From IMG/VR virus record IMGVR_UViG_3300036900_000090, positions 1 through 57,885 of that record: a stretch of 57,885 nt of DNA; one strand, given 5' to 3'. Shown piece by piece: positions 37,944 through 46,059 of this stretch (position 1 is its first letter; the number at the start of each line of letters is the position of its first letter). The notes below the pieces were generated by a model, which did not search any database, was not told where the DNA came from, and saw only the letters and a list, made by a program, of their open reading frames with translations. The DNA comes from a virus (lineage: Duplodnaviria; Caudoviricetes). A program made the translations under genes and the position numbers.

Positions 37944-38381
37944 ATGTCGGAGAGCAGCGGCGGCGGTAGTTGGAACCTGCAACGCAAGGACGGCATCTAC
38001 GCCGTTCTGATGCTGGCCACCGTCGGCGGCGCGCATGTGCTCGACAGAAGCGAACCGCCGAAGCCCGATCCGGTGCTGACCGAAAAGGTCATGAGCCTTG
38101 AACGCAATGTCGGCCAGCTGCAGGACCCTGGCGGGCCAGTGCTGCGAGAGACGGTTGGCAAGGTTCGCAATCACGAGGAGCGCATCCACGATCTGGAGCA
38201 GGCGCTGCGCAGCGGCGTGACGCGCGAAGCGGTAGATGACCTCAAACAGCGGCTGGCTGATGCCAGGGAAGCCGACAAAGACCTGCGGCAACAGCTCGAC
38301 AATCTGCGCAATGCGATCGATAGCCTGCGCTCGGAGATCGCCCGCGCCACCACCTCGCGTCTGGTAGGACCGAACCGATGA
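37944..38381 (+). CDS. Membrane-anchored coiled-coil protein (i-spanin-like)
   Basis: N-terminal hydrophobic segment plus heptad coil. Confidence 0.5.
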   Translation: MSESSGGGSWNLQRKDGIYAVLMLATVGGAHVLDRSEPPKPDPVLTEKVMSLERNVGQLQDPGGPVLRETVGKVRNHEERIHDLEQALRSGVTREAVDDLKQRLADAREADKDLRQQLDNLRNAIDSLRSEIARATTSRLVGPNR

Positions 38382-38659
38382 GATGGATCGTCCTGGCGAT
38401 CATCGGTCTGTTGTCGCTGTGGTTCCTGGCCGCGTGCAGCGCACCCGATCCCCTGACACCGCCGCCTCTCGGCACCTGCACGGCAAACGCGAAGCTGCCG
38501 CGTCCGCCGGCGCCGTCACAACGCAGCATCCCGGTGTTGATCGCGTGGGCCAACACCGCGGCTGCCGTCGCCAACAAGGCGATCGACGAGCGCGACCTCT
38601 GCCGCGGCTCGTACGAACGGCTGAACGCCTGGGCGCAGAGCGTCGCCAAGCCGAAATAG
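38378..38659 (+). CDS. Lipoprotein (o-spanin-like)
   Basis: Signal peptide with LAAC lipobox; Pro-rich. Confidence 0.6.
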   Translation: MRWIVLAIIGLLSLWFLAACSAPDPLTPPPLGTCTANAKLPRPPAPSQRSIPVLIAWANTAAAVANKAIDERDLCRGSYERLNAWAQSVAKPK

Positions 38660-38669
38660 GGGAAGCAGC

Positions 38670-38999
38670 ATGAAGCGTTATCTGATCGCCGGCCTGTTGT
38701 TGCTGGCGTCGTGCACTGCGCAGCAGCAGACGGCGGTGACGCAGGGCCTCGCCACGGTCCCTGGGCAACTCTTCTGTGCGATCGTCCTGAGCAGCGGGGC
38801 GCAGATCGTCGCGCCGATCGTCCAGTCGGCCAAAGGCGCGGCCGGGGCCGCAGCGGTAATCGCGACCGACGCGACGGCGTTGGTGGTGCAGCAGCAATGT
38901 GCCGCGGCGGCCCAGGCGGTCGGCGGCAAGGCAGGCGCTCCGGTGGCGCCCCCGCCGAACGCCGACAAGCTCGCGCCGGTGGCTATCCCCTCCGCGTAG
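38670..38999 (+). CDS. Lipoprotein
   Basis: MKRYLIAGLLLLASC lipobox. Confidence 0.7.
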   Translation: MKRYLIAGLLLLASCTAQQQTAVTQGLATVPGQLFCAIVLSSGAQIVAPIVQSAKGAAGAAAVIATDATALVVQQQCAAAAQAVGGKAGAPVAPPPNADKLAPVAIPSA

Positions 39000-39000
39000 G

Positions 39001-39309
39001 CTATTCGAAGCCAGCCGGCGCGATCGCCTGCTCGTTGCGGCCCACCTCGCGCGCGGCCAGCAGCATCCGCGCGATCCCGCGCATCAGGCCGTGATCCCAG
39101 GTGCTTTGCCGTTCAGCGGCTTCTTCGATCTTCGGCCAGTCCAGCGTCACCGTATCGTCCGTCGCGTTCCACGACGCGATGTTGCCCATGTTCAGGTTGG
39201 CGGGCAGCACCGGCGAGGCGACGAAGAAGCCATCGCCGACCGGCACGGCATTCACCGACGGTAGCTGCTCGGCATTCACCGACGGCAGCGGCTTCGGGTT
39301 CTCCGACAT
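39001..39309 (-). CDS. Hypothetical protein
   Basis: GGAG RBS on the minus strand; fits the gap without overlap. Confidence 0.55.
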   Translation of the reverse strand: MSENPKPLPSVNAEQLPSVNAVPVGDGFFVASPVLPANLNMGNIASWNATDDTVTLDWPKIEEAAERQSTWDHGLMRGIARMLLAAREVGRNEQAIAPAGFE

Positions 39310-39340
39310 CTCTCACTCCACGCGATGAGGTCCTGACATC

Positions 39341-39748
39341 ATGGCAGACATTCCGCTCGACCCGAACCCCGAGCTGCGGGCCGAACTCGAGGCCGCGCTT
39401 GCGGTGCTGGAGCCCGAGCTGCGCGGGCTGCGCGATCTGTTCGTCGTCTCGGTCTCGCCCGCGCTGCAATCCTCGATCAACGACCAGATCCTGGTGCGCC
39501 AGCGGCGTGTCGATCTGATCAACGCGACGCTCGCGGCACTCGATAGCGCGGTTGCCGCGCGCACCGCCTTGGAAGCGGACGGATATCCGGCGCTGCCCGA
39601 TGCGCCCCTGCCGGCCGATCAGTTCACCGAGCTGCAGGGTCAGGACGCCGACCTGCAAGCCGCTATCGGCGTCTTCGAGGAAGCGCCGCCGCCCGCCACC
39701 ACCCTGACCGTCAACTTGGGCGAACCGATCCCGAAGCCCGCGCCGTGA
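39341..39748 (+). CDS. Hypothetical helical protein
   Basis: GAGG RBS; coding-like codon pattern. Confidence 0.65.
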   Translation: MADIPLDPNPELRAELEAALAVLEPELRGLRDLFVVSVSPALQSSINDQILVRQRRVDLINATLAALDSAVAARTALEADGYPALPDAPLPADQFTELQGQDADLQAAIGVFEEAPPPATTLTVNLGEPIPKPAP

Positions 39749-39777
39749 CGTGCCTACCCAACTCGAAAGGATGAGAC

Positions 39778-40107
39778 ATGGCCGACATCAACACTTCGCA
39801 GCAGTACAACCCAGTGCTTGCGATCACCAACGCGAACGGCGATCCCGCGCCGGTCGATGGCATTCCCGTCTGGGCCAGTTCGGATCCGACGGTGATCGCC
39901 GTGACCGCGTCGGCGGACGGCATGACCGCCGTGGCGCCGGCGATTGCGCCCGGCGTCGCGCGCATCACGGTGACGGCAGACGCCGACATGGGTTCTGGCA
40001 CGACGACGATCACTGGCGTAAGCGAAGACATCAATGTGACGGTGGATCCGGCGAATCAGGCCAGCGTGATGACGCTGACGCTCGGAGCGCCCGTTCCGAA
40101 GACCTAA
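39778..40107 (+). CDS. Ig-like domain protein
   Basis: VWASSDPTVIAVT..G.A.ITVT is a Big_2-like pattern. Confidence 0.65.
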   Translation: MADINTSQQYNPVLAITNANGDPAPVDGIPVWASSDPTVIAVTASADGMTAVAPAIAPGVARITVTADADMGSGTTTITGVSEDINVTVDPANQASVMTLTLGAPVPKT

Positions 40108-40150
40108 TCGCGGTCTCCCCCGAACCGACCTTCTACCCAGGCCGCGATCT

Positions 40151-40183
40151 GGCCCCAGGCACTTCGGTGTCTGGGGCCTTTTT
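40151..40183 (+). terminator. Rho-independent terminator of the late operon
   Basis: GGCCCCAGGCAC-TTCG-GTGTCTGGGGCC stem with a cUUCGg loop, followed by TTTTT. Confidence 0.92.
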
Positions 40184-40203
40184 CATGTCCAGGACCGGCG
40201 CGG

Positions 40204-40533
40204 TCAATTCGGCCTTCCTCGGGGCATATCGCGGAATAGCGCGTTGACGACCGCCTGCTCAGCCTGCGACCGCTCAAGCTCGGGCTGCGCTTCTGCCATC
40301 GTGGCGAACCGCGTGCGCGCCGTTTCGTAGCGCCACGTCGGCCGCTCGGCACCGCACAGGCCGCACCAGGGGTTGATCGCGCCGGCGATCATCATCTCGT
40401 CGAGCTGGCGACGCAGCTCGCGCTCGATCGGGCGCGCGCCCTCGATGCTGTCGGCTTCGGCGGTGACGGCGGCGATGCAGTGCCGCGCCGGGCAGAGGCA
40501 TTGCACGATCCAGACGCGACGCTCCGGCTTCAT
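40204..40533 (-). CDS. Putative Zn-binding protein
   Basis: CLCP.RHC ... CGLC; ATGA coupled. Confidence 0.65.
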   Translation of the reverse strand: MKPERRVWIVQCLCPARHCIAAVTAEADSIEGARPIERELRRQLDEMMIAGAINPWCGLCGAERPTWRYETARTRFATMAEAQPELERSQAEQAVVNALFRDMPRGRPN

Positions 40534-41036
40534 GCGCTGTCTCTCGCTTCCGCCGGATCGCGCAACTTGACCGACGCGATGGCGCGCGGGTGCCAGATGC
40601 AGCCGCTCGCGCAGTCCCAGCCGTAATACCACATGGCGTCCATCCGCCGTTCCCAGACGTAGGGCGTGATGATCAGCCCGTCGTAGCGTTCCATCACGCC
40701 GGGCCAGTCGAGCCACATCGATCCGAGGCTTCCTCCTGCGCGCATGATGGGGCCGGCCCACTCTGGGACGACGCACCATTCGGCGCCGAACGCATCGATG
40801 TCTGCAGGGGTGCTTAAGATCAGCACGTTGGCTCCCGGCGCCAGCTCGACATCGTGCGCGTGCGTCAGTCGGTCGGTGCCGAAGCTATTCTCGGCGCACC
40901 ATGCGGGCCAGTTATCCTCGCAGGCGTCGTCCGAAACCCACAGCCCAGCCGGCTTCATCAGGGCACGATTACCGGGAGGCAGCGTCACCGACCGCAGCTC
41001 CCCAAGCGGCTCACTGGAATAGTGGACGAGCTTCAT
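40530..41036 (-). CDS. Conserved phage protein, possible ART-like fold
   Basis: LVHY..KPAGLWVS..YDGL..WDCASGCIW; ATGA coupled. Confidence 0.6.
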   Translation of the reverse strand: MKLVHYSSEPLGELRSVTLPPGNRALMKPAGLWVSDDACEDNWPAWCAENSFGTDRLTHAHDVELAPGANVLILSTPADIDAFGAEWCVVPEWAGPIMRAGGSLGSMWLDWPGVMERYDGLIITPYVWERRMDAMWYYGWDCASGCIWHPRAIASVKLRDPAEARDSA

Positions 41037-41455
41037 GCGCGACCACCCTCTCCTATCGCCACCGGCTGCACCACGTTCACCGCTTTGTCGCCGTTCTTCA
41101 GATCCTCGAACCAGAAGGCGCACTGCTCCAGGCTACCGACGAAGCCCAGCTCCTCGCAGATCATCCATACCGCCTCGGGCGTCGGCGAGCGGCCCCGGCG
41201 CCCCGACGACATGCTCATGTGGCGCATGGTGCCGCTCGGATGTCCGGTCTCGACCGAGAAGGTGACTTCGAAAGCCACGGGAATCGGGATGGTTAGCGCG
41301 TTCATCCGCCGCCAATGCGCGATCCGACCTTCCTCGGTCGAGAGCGTCGTCTGCGCCGCCTGCATGTCGATCGGATCGGCGAGCGCGCGCTTGCGCAGCG
41401 CGGCAAGCTTCGCCTTCTGCGTCGCGCCGATGATGAGCGGGGTCCCGGCCATCAC
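41033..41455 (-). CDS. Hypothetical protein
   Basis: Coupled ORF; RHMSMS..PTP motif. Confidence 0.65.
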   Translation of the reverse strand: MMAGTPLIIGATQKAKLAALRKRALADPIDMQAAQTTLSTEEGRIAHWRRMNALTIPIPVAFEVTFSVETGHPSGTMRHMSMSSGRRGRSPTPEAVWMICEELGFVGSLEQCAFWFEDLKNGDKAVNVVQPVAIGEGGRA

Positions 41456-41760
41456 CCCCTCGTCGGCGGCACATAGTCGGGCGGCGGCCGGACGAACCCG
41501 CCCTCGCCTTCCTGGCCCCGCTCGCGTAGAGCCTCGCCGTGCGCCTCGTGCAGCATCATCAGCGCGCGCGCGTGCTCGACCGGGAACACCGCGATCAGCC
41601 GCGTCACGTCCTTGGGCAGGTGCTGCAGGATAGCGTGGCGTATCTTGGCGAACTCGCCGGCCATGCCAGAGTCCAGGGCCTCGACGAGCGCCTGTTCCGA
41701 CAGCCGCGCATCGTGAGTCTCCACCTGCAGCAGCACGCAGAAGGCGTATTTCTCGGTCAC
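41452..41760 (-). CDS. Hypothetical protein
   Basis: Coupled ORF. Confidence 0.6.
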   Translation of the reverse strand: MTEKYAFCVLLQVETHDARLSEQALVEALDSGMAGEFAKIRHAILQHLPKDVTRLIAVFPVEHARALMMLHEAHGEALRERGQEGEGGFVRPPPDYVPPTRG

Positions 41761-42023
41761 GGCCCCTGCCCTGCCTGCCCGATGATGACCTCGCGGATGT
41801 TCTGCTCGAGCGCCTGATCGAAGAATTTGCGGGCCTGTCGCCGGCCGTCGCGCGAGCCGGTGCCGGCGATGGTCGCGGCGGTGGCGAAGGCCAGGGCGTT
41901 GAGCACCTCCAGCACGTTGCTGTGCGCAGTGGCGCTGCTGCGGTAGTGGGCGACGATCGGCCGCATGATATCGGCGGCGAGCGTCTGGACCCTCTCGTGG
42001 TCGAGCGGTTCGGGGGCGGTCAC
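41757..42023 (-). CDS. Hypothetical protein (GTG start)
   Basis: GTGA coupling at both ends. Confidence 0.55.
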   Translation of the reverse strand: MTAPEPLDHERVQTLAADIMRPIVAHYRSSATAHSNVLEVLNALAFATAATIAGTGSRDGRRQARKFFDQALEQNIREVIIGQAGQGP

Positions 42024-42271
42024 GACGCGGGCCTGATCTTGCGCGGCTCGACGAACACGGCTGCTCGCGGCATGTCGTCCCACTCGACGAAGTAGCCGAA
42101 CTTCTCCGGCACGCCGAAGCTGCCGATCACCGTCGCGAGGTCGCCTGGGCGGTGGGCGTCCTTGCTGTCGAAGGTCACCTTGACGACGCGCGTGCCGTTG
42201 CGCAGCGCGCCCACGACCTCGGCGCGGGTGAACGTGCCAGCCCAGCCGGGTTCCTCGTGCAGTCCGGTCAT
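42020..42271 (-). CDS. Hypothetical small beta (SH3-like) protein
   Basis: GGAGG before ATG 42271; GTRVVKV..YFVEWDD. Confidence 0.55.
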   Translation of the reverse strand: MTGLHEEPGWAGTFTRAEVVGALRNGTRVVKVTFDSKDAHRPGDLATVIGSFGVPEKFGYFVEWDDMPRAAVFVEPRKIRPAS

Positions 42272-42490
42272 CGACGCTTCCTCCGTTCTGCCAGCCCTGC
42301 CCGCTCGCGTTCGTCCTGCAGCGGAGCCGGGTTCCGTTGTCGAAAGCCCGGTTTTTCGTTCCGTGCACCGCAGCACGAGGATATCGCCACGCTGAAAGCC
42401 GCGATCATCCCGGCGAACCTCAAAGGGCTTCGCGCCGGACGCCACCGCGTCCCAGTAGGGCTGCCACGTTTTCAGGACGTGCTCGGTCAT
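42268..42490 (-). pseudogene. Truncated ASCH/DUF3850-like gene (probable deletion scar)
   Basis: HVLKTW..YWDAVASG.KPFEVR.DDRGFQ.GD.LVLR breaks off after ~42 aa. Confidence 0.55.
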
Positions 42491-42549
42491 CCGCCTGATT
42501 TCCCTTCCTCTTTCGCCGGCTCAGCGCGGTAACTGGCTGTTATCGCGCG

Positions 42550-42759
42550 TCACAGATCCCGCTGCTGCAATGCCCGTTCATTCCAGCCGATCGACCAGGA
42601 TAACCGGGTGGCGGTCGGCGCTTGACCGTGCGGGTTCTCGTGGAATTGCAGGCCGGCCCGATGCGCCAGGATGCCGTCTGCCAAGGCGTCAAGGTCGAGG
42701 TCCCTCACGGACAGGGACGGTTTCTTGAGCAGCGCGTCGAACCGTTCTTCCTCGGTCAT
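42550..42759 (-). CDS. Small protein with RMF-like motif
   Basis: GILAHRAG...NPH...WSIGW. Confidence 0.55.
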   Translation of the reverse strand: MTEEERFDALLKKPSLSVRDLDLDALADGILAHRAGLQFHENPHGQAPTATRLSWSIGWNERALQQRDL

Positions 42760-42760
42760 C

Positions 42761-42940
42761 TCATCGCGCCTCACCGGCAGCCAGCGGCACCCCAAGGCGC
42801 TCGCGAGCATCGGCTTGATGCTGTGGCGGGATGTGGCTCCTGACCCAATGGCAGGACGCGCACAGCGCCGCCTCGGCCGGACTGGAGAACACGTAGCTGA
42901 TGACGCGGTGCCCGCAGTCCTGACAGGTGTATTCGATCAT
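42761..42940 (-). CDS. Zn-finger microprotein, 59 aa (not in ORF track)
   Basis: GGAGG RBS; MIEYTCQDCG...LCASCHW. Confidence 0.65.
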   Translation of the reverse strand: MIEYTCQDCGHRVISYVFSSPAEAALCASCHWVRSHIPPQHQADARERLGVPLAAGEAR

Positions 42941-42978
42941 TCACCCCTCCGAAATTCCACTTGGCGCGATAAGCGGGA

Positions 42979-43215
42979 CTATGGCGCCCGGCTTAGGGCC
43001 TCCCTGATCTTGTCCATGGTCCCTGCGTTCGGCGCCGTGTTGAACATCATGTCGTCCACCACCTCCTGAAGCAGCGAGCGCAGCCGCCCGATCTCTTCAT
43101 CAGACACCCGCAGCATCTCGCGGGCTGCACGCATCGCAGCTTCACGGTCTTGCTCGTAGGCGCTGTCGTCCGATTGCAACCAGTCAGCCGCCGCCTCAAT
43201 GCGAGCATGGCTCAT
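42979..43215 (-). CDS. Hypothetical protein
   Basis: GGGAG RBS; helical. Confidence 0.6.
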   Translation of the reverse strand: MSHARIEAAADWLQSDDSAYEQDREAAMRAAREMLRVSDEEIGRLRSLLQEVVDDMMFNTAPNAGTMDKIREALSRAP

Positions 43216-43225
43216 GTTTCGCTCC

Positions 43226-43729
43226 CTAATTCCACTAGGCGTGGTCGGCATAGCGCCAGCCCTTCACTCCCCGCGATGCGAGCTTCTGGGCGTAATGCGC
43301 CGTAAGGTTGTTGGCTTCAGCAGCAAGCGCGATGCTTGGAAAAGCGCCCTTCGGGCTGATGACCGGGTGCCGCTTGGGATGGGCGGCGCGGTTCTTGAGG
43401 TGCGCATACCCTCCGGTCTTCTGCTTCGTGGCTGTCTGCTTAGCCCTGGTGGACGCCGCCTGATATCCAAGCCGCCAGTTATTGCGGTGCGTTGAGCAAT
43501 AGATGTTGTCGATGGCATAGGGGCCAACATCGCCCAGCCGGGCCATAACTAGGCTGTCCCTCTTCCGCCCGCGCCGATCCCAACGTCGGTCGGTCTTCCA
43601 CCAGTCCCACCATTCCACGAACGTCAACAGGAAGGGGATGCCGCGCCGCTTGGCGCTGCGTCGCTGCACATCGAAAGCCCTGATGGCCGCCTTCGGTGGC
43701 TCCATGGTCATCTAATTCCACTAGGCGTG
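43226..43729. repeat. 18-bp direct repeat CTAATTCCACTAGGCGTG flanking the endonuclease gene
   Basis: Exact copies at 43226-43243 and 43712-43729. Confidence 0.9.
43235..43711 (-). CDS. HNH/His-Me-like free-standing homing endonuclease with NUMOD-like tail
   Basis: AKRRGIPF.LTF.EW..WW..RG..MARLGDVGPY..DN..T..N; C-terminal PVISPKGAFPSI..AAE. Confidence 0.7.
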   Translation of the reverse strand: MTMEPPKAAIRAFDVQRRSAKRRGIPFLLTFVEWWDWWKTDRRWDRRGRKRDSLVMARLGDVGPYAIDNIYCSTHRNNWRLGYQAASTRAKQTATKQKTGGYAHLKNRAAHPKRHPVISPKGAFPSIALAAEANNLTAHYAQKLASRGVKGWRYADHA

Positions 43730-43832
43730 AGAATCCGCATTATCGCGCGTCGCACTCTGCGACGCGGTTCCGCCGTTTCGCAAGGGCGCGGGAACCGGCC
43801 GTGGCCGGCGCGGGAACGGACTGCGGGAACGC

Positions 43833-44141
43833 CTACAGATAGCCCGCCAGCTTGCGCAGCAGGAAGTCCAGCATCTGCCGCGTCCGCCTCGGCGACGTGG
43901 CGTGCTTGCGGTCCAGCGCGTCCGCCAGCTCGCCGTGCAGCCATGCAGGCGAGGGGCGATCCCACTCGCGCGCCTTGTCCGGCGGTACCTCGACCATCAG
44001 GCAGGTGCCGCCGCACCACGGCGATCGGTAGAGCGTGATCGCATCGAGGATGGCCGACATGCCTCGGTCGTTCCTGTGGAACTGCACCATCACGTTGCTG
44101 TCGAAAACGATCCGGGTGGCGCCGCCTGCCTCGTGGACCAT
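43833..44141 (-). CDS. Hypothetical protein
   Basis: GGAGG RBS. Confidence 0.65.
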   Translation of the reverse strand: MVHEAGGATRIVFDSNVMVQFHRNDRGMSAILDAITLYRSPWCGGTCLMVEVPPDKAREWDRPSPAWLHGELADALDRKHATSPRRTRQMLDFLLRKLAGYL

Positions 44142-44159
44142 GGCTCGGGTTCCTCCCCT

Positions 44160-44597
44160 CTACAGATACTCGGCGAGCTCGTGCAGCAGCTGGTCGAGCC
44201 GGTCGCGCCGATCGGGCGGCGCAGCCTTGTGCTTGCGGTCGAGCATCAGAGCCAGGCGCTCGAACGCCCGCAGCGTCGCCGCCTGCTCGACCGTAGCCGA
44301 TAGCCGTTGCAGATGATCTTGCGTCAGATAGCAGCGCACGCGCTCGATCTGATCCGACTCGTCCTTGGCGCTGTGTATGATGGTCACCGCCCGGTCTGGC
44401 GGCACCTCGTTGTCGCGGACGACGATGGCGCAAGGGGCAATGCCGTGGCTGGCGAATTCCGCCTGGACCGCCAGGGCTGCCTTCATCTCGTCGGCGAAGA
44501 TGATGGTCTCGATCGGGCTGTCGGCCCAGTGGCCCATCGCCCACATGGCGTCGTTGCGGATGATCTCGCGTGCTTCCGCCGTGAGGATCGCCGTCAT
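44160..44597 (-). CDS. Hypothetical protein
   Basis: GAGG RBS before ATG 44597. Confidence 0.6.
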   Translation of the reverse strand: MTAILTAEAREIIRNDAMWAMGHWADSPIETIIFADEMKAALAVQAEFASHGIAPCAIVVRDNEVPPDRAVTIIHSAKDESDQIERVRCYLTQDHLQRLSATVEQAATLRAFERLALMLDRKHKAAPPDRRDRLDQLLHELAEYL

Positions 44598-44871
44598 GGC
44601 GCCGCGCCTCGAAGGCGGTCGAACAGCCAGGGGCCGAGAAAGTCGCCCAACCGCTGACCGAGCCGATCGCCATTCCTGGGCGACCGACCCTTCCGAACGT
44701 GTATTGGCATTCGCAGCTTCCCCGTGCGCCGCGTATTCGCGCACCAATACTGTGACGCATTCCGACGCCTCCGCAATCCCCGCTCAGCGTCCCGTGTTGC
44801 GACGGCGCTGGCGCCCGTGCAAACGTGCGCGGGAACGGCCTGCGGCCGGGTCGGGAACGAGGTGCGGGAAC

Positions 44872-45621
44872 ATGAGCGAGGACTTGCCGGTCGAGGCGCC
44901 AGGACCCAGAAACGGCAACGCCGACGGGAATCCCCCCGCCGGCGTCCAGAGGGAACCCAGCGATGGTGAAGATCGCGAAGTTCCTGCCGTTGATACTGGT
45001 TCGCGTGACCGTCGTGGTCAAGCTCACCATACATCGGCGGTAGGGCAGGGGGCCAGTACGCGCGAGCGGGCTGGTCCTCGCCCCTCGGTGCACGAGTGGA
45101 AGATCCGCAGCATGGCGACCGCCGACAGCGCGGCGGCGGTCCAGGCGGCGATCAACGCCAAGCGCAGCACCGCCGATTGGCTGGGCGAGGCGATCAGGGA
45201 GAAGCTGGCGCGCGAGCGAGAGCCGCACGAGGGCGAGGTGATCGAGGCGGGCAGGACGGTGCCGGCGCTGATCGATCATGCCGCCCTGCCGCCGCTGTCG
45301 ATCGAGGACATCGGGCGCGCGGTCGAAATCGCCGAGAAGATCGCCACCCTACGCGGCCGCCCGCGACCGCGGCAGCGCACTCTCGTCCGGGCCGGATTGC
45401 TGCTCGAGGCGCGGCTGCTCGCCGAGACGCTGCCGGGCCAGAGCGCGGCGCAGCCGGCAGTCGGGACAATCGACGGTGCTGGATCCGCTGCCCTCCGGAC
45501 GCAGATGGCCGAACTCGCACATGCCGCCGACGGCGGGCGCGCGGGCGGCACGGAGCCCGGTGGCCAGAGTGAGACGCCGCCGGGTCATGGGAACAGCCCC
45601 GATTCGTGGCAGGGGCAATAG
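44872..45621 (+). CDS. Ribbon-helix-helix DNA-binding protein with disordered flanks
   Basis: GAGGT RBS; WKIRSM..AAVQAA..KRSTADWLGEAIREKL. It is the only rightward gene called in the early region. Confidence 0.6.
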   Translation: MSEDLPVEAPGPRNGNADGNPPAGVQREPSDGEDREVPAVDTGSRDRRGQAHHTSAVGQGASTRERAGPRPSVHEWKIRSMATADSAAAVQAAINAKRSTADWLGEAIREKLAREREPHEGEVIEAGRTVPALIDHAALPPLSIEDIGRAVEIAEKIATLRGRPRPRQRTLVRAGLLLEARLLAETLPGQSAAQPAVGTIDGAGSAALRTQMAELAHAADGGRAGGTEPGGQSETPPGHGNSPDSWQGQ

Positions 45622-45824
45622 TCGCGGTTCGGCCCCTGGGGTTTGGCGCAGACGGTGCAGATGTAGGCGTCGCAGGTTTTCCCCGGGCTGACCGGGTAAT
45701 CGCATTGCAGGCTCGACCGCCGGCCGCAGGCGACGCAGGGAACGCCCCTCGGCCGGTGCCCGCTGTAGCAGACGATGGCCGTCCCGCCGCCGGGTAGACG
45801 GACGACCTCGGACCAACGCGGCAT
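45585..45824 (-). CDS. Cys-rich Zn-finger protein
   Basis: CVACG..CDYP..TCD..IC..C..DYCP.H. Confidence 0.7.
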   Translation of the reverse strand: MPRWSEVVRLPGGGTAIVCYSGHRPRGVPCVACGRRSSLQCDYPVSPGKTCDAYICTVCAKPQGPNRDYCPCHESGLFP

Positions 45825-45837
45825 GGACGTTCCCCTA

Positions 45838-46059
45838 TCAGCCATCGCCGTCGATCTCGCGCAGGATGCGATCGAGCGCCTGGCTGTACGTCTCGCGCTG
45901 GATCGGCATGGCGTAGCGGACGCCGCGCTCGTCCTCGAATTCGTGCAGGCTGCCGGGCCGCGCGGGAACCTCCACCAGCCCGGCGCGACGCAACTCGGCC
46001 AGGAAGTGAGAGGCGGGGATTCCTCCCCGCCTCCGTGCGCGCGCGGTCGCGCTGATCAA
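45838..46059 (-). CDS. Hypothetical protein (start uncertain)
   Basis: TTGA coupling to the gcrA stop. Confidence 0.45.
   Translation of the reverse strand: MISATARARRRGGIPASHFLAELRRAGLVEVPARPGSLHEFEDERGVRYAMPIQRETYSQALDRILREIDGDG

Noticed and set aside
39246-39289. 24-bp-period duplication encoding LPSVNA twice
   Set aside because: Small in-frame duplication in a hypothetical ORF; no evidence of function.
43746-43766. Perfect 9-bp inverted repeat CGCGTCGCA-CTC-TGCGACGCG as a terminator
   Set aside because: No U-tract on either strand; function cannot be supported.
43790-44871. CRISPR array from the GGGAAC repeats
   Set aside because: Repeats are 6-8 bp with 13/22 bp periods, far too short for repeat-spacer units; no cas genes.
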